Virus record (IMG/VR): IMGVR_UViG_3300032281_000614
Span: 1 to 60,782 of that record
From: a virus
Taxonomy: Duplodnaviria > Caudoviricetes
Direction: 5' to 3' (one strand)
DNA length: 60,782 nt
Translations under genes and position numbers: made by a program
Notes under the pieces: generated by a model
Database searches by the model: none
Seen by the model: the letters and a program-made list of their open reading frames with translations, nothing else
Told to the model about the DNA's origin: nothing
Shown here: piece after piece, positions 37,833 through 49,800 of the stretch
How the letters are laid out: every line of letters starts with the position of its first letter
How positions within the stretch are numbered: the stretch's first letter is position 1

Positions 37833-40800
37833 TTATTCCTCAGTGATTACCGTTCCATCTTCAGTGGTTAACATATTTATCGCATCTTCAGTGGTCAACT
37901 CGTCGGCTTTGATACTTGTAGCATTTAATATTGCTAATTCAGATTTAATAAACAATGCTGGCACTGTTGTAGCACCTGCTAAACCAGTACCATCTGTAGC
38001 AGTGCCTGTACCAAGATTGTACCAAACATTGCTTTGTTGTAGTTGTGTATTAGATTTAATCGTAGCTACATCACTGGTTCCTACTACAACGTTGACATTT
38101 CCGCCATCAGTTAATCCTATAAATCCTGCAATATTAGAACTTATTGGATAGGTATTACCAGTATAGAACCCATTTAATGCTACGTTGCTGGCTGCAACTA
38201 CATTGCCAGACAATAAGTTAAATCTATTAGTGTTGTTATAAGATACTAAAATTAAATTACCAGCGGCATTTTCAAAAGCTAAAATAGTAGCAGAAGTGCC
38301 CGACGTTAATTGTGTAATGGTATCACCTACATTAGCACTAATAACATTTGCATTAGAATTTATGTAAGAAATAGCGTTAGAGAATCTCACAGTATAGCTT
38401 GGTTGCAATGTTACTGTTTCACTTAGCGTAGCTAATGAATTAATTGAAACAGGGTATATTGTAGTAATATTTCCTGATAATGTTATTACATTTGCATTTG
38501 ATACTGTTTGACCAATGTTGGCTTTGAATGTTCCTATATAGGTCAATGACACATTGGGTGTATCTGTTGCTGTAGATATAACACGGAATCCAGCCCCTGT
38601 GCTTGGTTGTGTTATATAATCACCTACGTTGGCCGTGATATTTGCACTGAATTGTAACTGTATAAATTTAACGTTAGTAGTGCTGATATCAGGTATTGTT
38701 TGCTGTACGCTGGCATCTGTAACTAATGTACCAACAGGATATGTATTGGCCACTGATGTTCCTTGCGTTCCGCGACGTATTTGTCCTAACGTATTAATAT
38801 TTGGTAATATCTCCACTAAGGTAGAATCAAATGTTGATGTGGCCGGCATCACATTAGTTGTGATGAAGTAGGCATTGGCACTGGTTATTGGTGCTATTGC
38901 TTGTGGAACAACACCATTTAAATTAGCAATAAATGGATGTACTCCAACATTAGCCCACGGATGGAGTACATTACCGGTACTATAAGGAATTGTTATTTCA
39001 ACTCCATTGATTTGTATATTGCCATATCCTATATTTGCACCAAATACTCCACTATAGGCTACTACTACGTTTGCGTTAGCAGAAACATTGGCCATAACTC
39101 TCAAATTGGCACCTGATGAAGCTTGTGTGATATAATTGCCAATGTTAGCAGTGATAGCACCACTCATTTGTATTTCTGCAAATCCTGGGCCAGTAACCTG
39201 TATGTTGCCTGATCCTAAAGTAAATACGTTGGTATTAGTATAAGCTACATAAACAGAATTATTAGACATTCCGAGAGCAGTCACACGTGCATTGGCATTG
39301 CTGGATGGTTGCAAGATATAATTATTGACATTCACAGAGATGTTGCCGTTAAACGTAATTACATTACCGTATCTTAATACGGAAGAATTACTATATGCAG
39401 TACCTGCTGTCCATGTTGTTTGATCTTTGTAGTAATTTCTCCAATAGGTAATACGCTCTGCTCCAATGAATACCACTCCCATATATGGTGGTATTGTGGA
39501 TGCATCTGATTTTGGTAATACCGTAGGATCTGTAACAACAATGACATTATCGGTCAATGATAACGCATTAGCTAATGTAGTTGTCTGATTATCAGATATA
39601 CGGATATAGTTTGTTTGTCTCAACATATTGTTGAATATTCTATAACCATAGATATGTGGACCATCTTGTGTAAACACACGCATGTCTAAAGTATCAAATA
39701 ATATACCAGGAATCATTTCTTCAGGCGCATGGCTCGAATAACGATCTACGTAGGCGCCACCATCCACATTAATATCTTCTGGTCGTGTGCCCAATGCCGC
39801 ATCAGTATAATTACTTTGTATTATGCTGTCAATCGATTCATTACTGAGCATAGGATTGCCGTCGCTGTCATAGCTAATATTATCAAACGTACCAAGATCA
39901 AACGTACCACCAAATAATGGTGTTTCATTAAATTTTGCGCCTTGTACTTGTACTCCTGGATAATCAACCCCTGGTACTAATTGGTTAAGATCTCTAGCTG
40001 GCATAGTGGTCGATGGTTGATAGTACCCAACGATTCTATCATTAGCGTTGGTAAATGCATTAGCGGCAAACACAGTATAATCAGAGTTGATAAATGTATT
40101 GCCTGTGGTTATATTAGCATTAACAGCATAAGCAGATCTAATTCCTGCACCATCTACGTGTGTTACAATATTACCACTAATCACACGACCATTTGCACCA
40201 AATACTGTTTTGTAATATGTTGTATTAGCTGCCCATTCTGTGACAATGCTGGTATAAGTAATACGGTCAAATTTTAGTGCTGTGTCAAACGATCTAACTT
40301 GGCTATTTTTAATTACAGCATAAGCTGTGGCTGGAATAGTAGCACTACCATTAACAACCACAGTAGGAGTTGAAATATATCCTGCACCTGGATTATCAAC
40401 TACAATATGGGTAACACTGCCAGTATCACCATCAATATAGGCTGTAGCAGTTGCACCACCACCACCTCCGGCACCACTAACAATAGTTACCAATGGCGGT
40501 ATGTTATAACCTAATCCAGGAGTTTCAACAAGTATACTACCTACTGTAAATTTCCTATTGTCGTACCATTGGTTATATGGATATGTCTGCCATATAGCAG
40601 AATCTGTTTCAATATACTCACCGCTCGGACCACGGAAGATCTTCAATGTAGTATCATAATATGGAGGAAGATCAAAGTCTGTAACTGTACTCTGATATAT
40701 ATCATTACCAGTATAGTTTAGCAGATATTCTCTTATCTTAGTTCTATAAGGTTTTACTTCTTCTATATAGCTTTGATAATATGTTTGATTGTCTCTAATA

Positions 40801-43800
40801 TAGCTTGGGAACTGACTTAAAGTTCTCAAATCATGTGTTGCGCTGATAAAGCTGGTTTTAAAGATCCAATCAACATATTTTTGTTCAGTAAATAAGAAGT
40901 TAACTAAGACAAAGAACAGATTGTTAAACTCACCTTGCAATTCATTGATAAAGATGTCTTCTTTAAGAGCATAGATGATATTACGTATTTCTAAGTTAGG
41001 GTTTTGATCATATCTGTTAGTTGCATATCCTTGATTACCAAATCCAAGAGCATTATCAGCATAATTACCTAAAGAAGTGTTAAGTTGAATTGTGCCGTTT
41101 TCGATGCCAACCACCTGGAATGAGCCGTCATTTAATACTGTAAGGATATTAAATCCACCACCAATCGCATTACTGACTTTAACTAATATTTCATCGCCGC
41201 CGGCCACAGGTAGTTTTAGTGCATCTACTAATGTGTCAACTACATATTCGATAACTTCTGTTGGGCCAAATCCGGGTGCGTACCAATCAACATACTCCCA
41301 ATACAAATTAGTTTTATAACTCTGTACCTGTATGATTTCCCAAGTTCTATTATTGGTTAGTTGATATATGACCCAAAGATTATCTTGAGTGGTATCTTCT
41401 TCAACTAAAATTTTATATCCAATTGGTAACCCACCAGTGTCAATATAATTTAATTCTATTTCGGTCGCTATCTTAAGATTGTATGCTCCACTATTTGAAT
41501 TAGGTTGTGCTTCAGCTGATTGTAGTTGACTTATGTCGTATTGACGTACTATTGGTTTTTCTATTAATACAGAATTTACATAATCTACCATTTCATTAAT
41601 AGCTGTTAGTCTATCAACGAACATTGATTGGCGTGGTCGTACTTCTATGCCATATCTATCTGCTAAACTTAGCTTAGGATCCGGAACCACTGAACCTAAA
41701 CTATCGAGACCTGCTAAACTATCTACTAATTTATTAACAATCTTATCAGGTACAAAATCTAATGGATTATTTTTTTGTACTAATTCATATTCGCTATGTA
41801 TGATATTAGTATTAATAATCAATTGATAATCAAAATGTAGAATAGTATTTTTAGCTGATAGATATTGAGCAACATTATATAATATTATCGCTCGAGTATC
41901 GATTACTGCCGCATAAGTGATACCTTGATTTTTAGGATTAGCAATAATATCAGCTATAGATGAAGTTGGTAAATTTCTTGCAGGATCGTTAGGATCTACC
42001 CCGGTTCTATTTTTAACCCAATAATAATATTTACTACCGATAATATTTGTAGTTGGATCTACAAATACTATTTCAACATACGCACCGTCGTCAGCATATT
42101 TAGGTACACCATCACCACCACTGCTTACATAGCGACTTGGTAATACATTACTTTCAACCCATTCACAAACTTCAATTTCGCTACCTGGGAATAATTCTCC
42201 CCAATATCTACTACGATATACTAAGGTATCTTGCTCGTAATCAATGAATCGTACTAATGACAAGTTCCACCAAACTTGGCCAACTTGATTATCATTCCAA
42301 TATGTGTCGAGATTAATATCTGCGTTGGTGTTATTTCCTCTATTATAGATAGCAGGATCGTATTCTGTCTTATATGATATTTCCTGTTCTGCTTGTCCAA
42401 GGATACGTCCCTTAGCCGGATCTATAAATTGTAAGTTATCTAATATTATATTAGTTTGACTATTATAAAGATATATTCTACTCACAGAATCTATGTCAAC
42501 TTTAGGTTGTTGATAACGTATTAATTTCCAACCTCTGGTCATAGTTGGATTTTCAAATATATAAACTGATCCGGCATCCGAAAGTACAGTGTCGTCGCCT
42601 GGGGCGGACACAGTAACATAAGTTCCTTCAATGTCTAATGCATATCCAAATTGGTCACCTGTGTTCAGATCGCCGGTACTGAGTTGCTGTGCAAATGCAT
42701 AACGTCCTGGGTGTTCAACTTCGTTACGTGGGTCATCGTATAATTCGTAGATGTAAACACTACCACTGCCCTGGATTTGATCAAATAATGCCGTACTATT
42801 ATTATCTAATACAGTGGTATTAGTATCAAAAGTAGTGTACCCACGTGTAGTACCTCGAGCACTACCAATTACCAACATATAGGCATTAGCTGCTAATTTA
42901 ACTTTATTACCAAAATATTCACCAGCTGTTCCATAGGGATTGATAATGATCTGCATGAATGCAAATACGATCATATCTGATGCGGCAAGAACTCCGGCAC
43001 TGTTAGGTTGTGTGGTACCCGACAGGATACGCAATAGATTTTTAGCCACAGTGCTGTCACTATCCAATCTGAAATATCCGTTTTCATTTACTGCGGATAT
43101 GCCTAATAGATTTGCATCGTTGATGTCTTTAACTAAACTGTCTAAGCTAACCATCGGATAAGCTACAATATTAGCACCGTTTACCGCAATTACGTTGCCA
43201 TATCCGTAATTTAAACTACTCCAATCACCCGAGACTGTCACTGATTGGCCATAAATTACATTAGCTAATACAGTTAGATTGGCGCTGGATCCTGTTTGTG
43301 TGATATAATCACCTACTTTCACAACAACATCACTGTTTAAAGTTAAAATATTGCCACTGGTAGTTGGCATTAATCTGCCAGAAACTGTTATTTCAAAATT
43401 GTCAAGTCTGATACTGTCGCCCGGAGTAAACACTGGGTTAAGCACGGTGCCAGTGTCAGTACCATATAGACGACCTCTGTTGTGGAATTTCCAAACAGCG
43501 CCTGTGTTAAATTCTATTCCATTATCGTAATTTGGTGCACCAATATAAATCGCACAGTTGTTTGAACAAATCGTTAGGCTGGTACCAAAGAATGCATTGG
43601 CTTGGATGGCACTTGTTCCGCCTTCAAGACTGTCGATGCCAATAAGTTTCTCTAATAGAGAAAATTTATTTGTTTCAATTAGTATAACTCTACCAACTGC
43701 TGGTGGTGTGATAAATCTTACGGTATTTGCACCTACTATCGAATAATTAAAAACTTCAATACCATCAATTGTTACTCTATATACTTGTCCAATAGTATTT

Positions 43801-46800
43801 TGAGTAATGTAATCACTACCACCAGTACTATTAAATGCTTCAATTACGCGATCGTATACCCATACAGCACCTGCACCAGAAAAGCCTAATACGTTATCCA
43901 GTGGTGCACCGACTGCTAATTGTGCGCCATCAAAACTGGAACTCAATGCAAACCCAAAGTTACTTCCTGTATTTCCTGTAACGTTACCAAGTAATGCATA
44001 GTAAGGCTGTTGAGTAACTATGATATCGTTTTGTGCTACATTTGAAGTAAAATTTATTATATTACCAGTCAACGTATATTCAATGTTAGGAATATATGTT
44101 TTAACACCCGATTTTACTAAAAGTGATCTTGCATCATTGGTTACTGCGGGAATAAATCCATAACTAGCCAGATTTATATTGCTGGTAGTAGCCGTTGTGA
44201 ATGTAGCATTAGCATAAAGCCCAGTGTCAACTCCATTAAGGAAAAGATTTCCCGAACCTACGTAGGTTGGTTTAACTGCGGCATTAGCACCATTGACCGA
44301 CAACCAACCTGTGGTGTCGAATCTGTTGGCATCCTGATAGAATCCGTAGACTTTGTTACTGCCTGCCACTCCTCTAAATAAGAAAACATTTGCGCTAGAA
44401 GTTGATTGATAGACATAACTTCCAATATTTGCAGATATAGCTGCACTGACAGTTATATTAGCGAGATTGTTTGTTGTTCCTGGTAATGGTACAATATTAG
44501 TTAAACTATTTACAGTTACGTTGCTGCTAGCAGTTGGCCATGTTGTTGCGGTTACTTTGATAACAGCTCCTGTAATTGGTTCAGTTATTACGTCACCAAC
44601 ATTAGATGTAATAGATCCCGCACCAGCTAAATTAGCCAATGATATAATATTTAGATTATTGACTGAGATAGTTTGTGACTGATAAGGAACAAACCTATTT
44701 AATCCATAGATATAAACTTTATCATTGCCTGGTGCACCTACATAAAGCCAATTTCCGTCCTGATTATATGCTATGCTTGATCCAAAAAGATCTTTTTTAG
44801 GATTGGTTGTATCACCAACAAGTATCTGCGAAATGTCAAATGAATTACTGCTTGGGGATCTGACGTAGGTCATTACATAACCCACATTGCCGTAGCTACT
44901 TGGTGCACCAATCGCTAATCTTGTTGCCGAGGATTCTCCAATGGATAGGTCCACAGTGGCACCAAATCCATATACATCATAGTCAAAGGGTGCTGGTTTA
45001 ATTGTAAATGCTTCTCGGAAATCTCCTTGATAATCTTTAACAAATGTGTTAACAACACCGTTGCCTTTAAAAGGTGATCCTGTAACCACTGTCAACCCAT
45101 CAGCACTCATTTTTAAACTGGTTCCGTAGCCATCACCTGAGGCATATTCTAAACTGCTCTTTGGTAGAGCTTGTTTTACTGCCCAAGGCTGTTGTTTTTC
45201 ATAGACCTTCCAAGTACCGTTTGGTTGTGTGCCAAAAGGCTGTCCTTGTACAGCAGACGTTTCGGCATCATCATCAATCCAAATCTTTTCTCCCACACGC
45301 CAACCGTTGGGTGGATTGCTTAGTCCATAAACACGACAGTCTTCCATATAAAGGAATCGCATGCTGTTTAATACAAAGAATAATCCTTTGCCAGTTAAGG
45401 TAGTTAAATTTTGTACTGTTTTTGAGTACTTGACCATTACATTGTTTAAATCCACTACTTTGTAAACCTGATAGAATCCATCATAATCTGTATCAAAGTT
45501 ACGAACAAAGAATATATCATTGACCGACAAGCCATGCGGAGTATCTGATGTCCAGGTAATATAATTATCTAAACTATTTGTTACACTAATAACAAAATTA
45601 TTAGTTTCAGTTATTCTATAGACATTCCAATCTTGAGAGAAATCTTTAGCGCACCATATGGTATAGCCAGTACCAATTTCTCCAATCTGGCTATCAAGTT
45701 CAACATAATTAGCAAGATCGTAAATAGTTGCATCTACGTCATCTACATTGACATATCCAGCAGTTTTAATATCATTATCATAATTACTGCTTTCAGTTCT
45801 GTTGAGTGCAATATTACCATTGAACTGATTAGTTGATTTATATAACTGTGATTTATTAAAGATTGTTTCACCATTACCTAAATTACTGTTAGCGTCACCC
45901 ACAAACTGTGCTAGGCTCGGGTTAACCCCAAATTTCTTTTCGTCTAATGCAATCTCTATATAAGGGTTAACATCAAGAGCACCATAAGTACCAATTCTGA
46001 TAGCCCACTCTTCGTATAGGCTAATGTTGCTGGTCATGTTATTAAATTTGGCATCAATCAATTGATTGATTGAATTCATTGTGCCTTTTTGTTTAATATA
46101 ACCCTTATAGAATTCGATTTGTGTAGTTTGTGTCAGGCCAAGGTTTGATAAGAATTCTCTTGGTCGGAATCCGATTAGCCCATGACTGTATTCAATTTGT
46201 TTTTTACTGTCAATATTTGGATAAGAATCATAGTAAGCCTGACTTTCAGATGCAATGGTACTAAAGTTTGGTAATATGCCTGTCTGTATTTCACTTGATG
46301 CTATTTGTTTCCAATAACCAAATTGAAAATCTGTGCTGGCAATAATATTTTGTAATGCTGTATAGTATTGATTTTTATAATTAACTAAATCACCTCGTAG
46401 ATAATCTTTACCTGGTTGCCAAGCATCTATTACTCCACTATTATAGATAAAGCCCGGTGCATATAAACTACCGTCCCAATCGGCAGTTTTTTGCCCTTGA
46501 AGCTTAAGGCGATATTGTCTATTACCAAGCTCTGGTTTATATATAATGTCATTAAATACTGTGGTATTATCAAATATCAATACATGTTCATATTGCACTA
46601 AATCTACTTCAACATAACCAATTACGCTTGCAGGATTAGATATAGTAATTCTAAAGTTGTTCGGATCTCTGAGAACTTCGTAGTCGTTGTTCTTAATCAA
46701 TTTGAAATTTTGATCAACAATGCGACTACCGTACTGGCTATCAGATATTCCATCTGAAATTGACTGTATGCTAATTGCCTTAAGACTGTTAGCCACAGGA

Positions 46801-49800
46801 CTTAGTACAATGATACTACCCGGTTTCCATCCTTGTTGCGACCAATATAAAAATTCTTTAGAACTTAATTTCCAATTACGTAATTCACCAAGTCCATCAT
46901 CATTATCTGTAAAAACAAATCCTTGTGCCAGTAGATATCGTTGATAACTAATTAAGAAATCTACTATCTGTTGTTGACTGGTAAATTCGTATCCGTATGG
47001 CACTACTAATTTAAGATTTTGATAATCACGAAATATTGTAGCAGAACTATTCAGTACAGAAATTCTTTCGGCATTATTATTAATAGTGCTTGGGATTATA
47101 GTAAAGAATGGATTATTTAGATCATATCCTCGAATACTATAACCATTGGTTGTTTTTTCAACTATTACTGCACTGTAGACTAATTTTTGCGTTGGAGTAG
47201 ATTTATTAAGATACACTTTGTAGTTCTCGTTAGGAATTACAATAGTGTCATTGGTACTACCGGGTGACGTTTGTTCTGCTAATACATTTAGATATGTTTG
47301 ATCAGTAAATCCAGCAAGTTTATAGGCAAGATTTACTTGATAATTTTTCAACATTGTTGAAATCTTATTACTTGGGTTCACTCCTTGACTGATTAGATAA
47401 TCAGTAATCCAATTTAAATAACCAGCACCTCTATATATAATTCCGTTAATAGATTCACCGTTATAACGTATATCGTTTTGTGTTAGATGATTTTTAGTAG
47501 TATAGTTTAGATACTGTGTAATATAGTCTGCATTTGTCAACAGCTGAGTAACAGCATTGTATGGAGAGTAATTATATGTATCTATGTTTAATCCAAAATA
47601 CTTCCCAGGAGTCGCTAATGCTATTGCTTGTTGTACCGCATACGGAAAATCACTGCTAATACGCCACACATATTCTACAGGACCGTATTGTCCTACTGCC
47701 CAAGCACTTGCACATCTTGTGGCATTATAGCTGGCAGTTAACAACGAAGCTGGGGGTAATAAATTACCGTTTTCATCTACAGGAATAATTGTTGTTAACC
47801 CCGGTCGTGCATAATTTGTGTCTATACCGGCACGAACACCGTAGCGAATACGTCCTACTTCTAAATCTTGCCACAGCAATTGATTACCGCTTGTATATGG
47901 AGCTGGTCCATAGTAGGTTTGCCACCAGTCTGGTTCAACACTGAATCCCAACATTTCCCATGGGAATAAGTGAGGATAAACGGTATCATAAAAATATTGA
48001 TAACAAGCACGCCAGCTACCTGGCAATTTCTCCCCATCTATTCTATCGTTAACTAATCCATAATTCCAAGTAAATAGATCATTACTTTCAAATGTACTAT
48101 TAGTGTTGAAATCTAACTTGTTATTACCTACCCAGGATTGAAAATTCTTACTAACTAATTGTGTAATTTCTGTAAGTGTATATTCACTGTCACGGAATTT
48201 TCCAGGAATAGTTCTGATAATGTCATTATATGTACCAGTATCAGGTAATTTAATATTATTAAAAATACGTTTTTCTAATTCCAACAGAATGTCATCTCTA
48301 TAATCCCCAAATGCCGGGGTGATACTTCCGTCGTGCCCTCTTATAACATCTATAGGAGTTCGATAGGTGTTGTCATTAAATTTGCGTGGAACAAATTTTG
48401 ACCATAATCCCAATTTGGTCGGTGTTTCGGGAACATAAGATCCATCAGTATTAGCATATTCTACAAACGTAATTATGTCATCCACTGCAATATCTGTTAA
48501 TATAGTGACGGCTGGTCGATCGGTTCTAAACTTATAATCTACATCTTTTATCAATTGGCTGTCGTTAAGATATACTAGTATGGCTGTATTTCCTAATGTG
48601 GTATCACTGAACACATTAGTAATTTCATAGTCTTTATCCAATGGATTAAATACCGTGTAATTTAAAGTATTTTTTAAAGTACCATATGGTATCATGTCAC
48701 TATAGAACCAAGGAAATGACGTATTTTTAATCTTATTAATTTCTGCCATGATTAAATCTACACTGGCTACAGGATCTGTAGGTTGTATTCCTGTTAATGT
48801 TGTACTTAATTCTAAAAATTTATTTTTAAATCTAGCATATTCTCTTTGTGCATATCTTATCGCATCAACAAAATTGGCCTGTTGATCTAATAAGAATAGT
48901 TCACCATACGGTACAGGTGCACTGTGTTGCAATATGCTGCCACCTTGTTGTTTGATGTCAATGTCACGCAAGTTACTAATTCCAATAACATCTCCTATTA
49001 ATGTTGTGCTGTTTTGTCCTAGTGCAACTAAGTGATTGCGTATGCCGCCTAAGGTTAAAACATCTACATTAGTATTTTGTGCGTTAAGATCAAGATTTAG
49101 TGGTACTTGATAATACCCAAGTTTACTAATCTCATTGCTATAGACTAAGATATCAATCTTGTCTCCTATAGTAGGAGTATCAATAACTCTAATGTCAATG
49201 ATGTCACCTTGCTTTGGCGCAGTACTAAAATTTATTGCAAGATTGTCGACCGTATACAAACCAGAAGCTTTGCGTGCAATTCCGTTGATTAATACCAAGA
49301 CACCATCAACTGTTGAAGTTACATTAGTTAATTTATATTGTGTGGTTATGCCATCTCCAATGAATTTTTGGCCGATTGTCAATCTGATTTGATTAGATAC
49401 TAATACCCACTGGTCAGAAGTTAGGTATCTAAAATTCTTAAATACTTTAACATAAGGAATTGACGCTGATGTAACCGGTGTAACATCTATAGGAAATATA
49501 TTACTGGTACCATCGTAGACATACCCAATTTGTTGATATTGTTTGCTTGGTTCGACTACTGTTTGCCAAGTATTTCTTGGTTGAAGAACATATCGACTGT
49601 TTATCTTTTGTAAGAATCCCATCGATGAAATGTTTATATTATCTAAAATTATACCTTCATCGGCATAGCTAAAAGTATCTGTGGCAAAGTAGTTTTGAAA
49701 TTCTATGTCGCCCTGTGTGCTAAAATTTTTATAACTCAGTGGGAATCCTAATACAGAGTCATTAACTCCAGCTGTAGATTTTAAATATCCGAATAATTTA

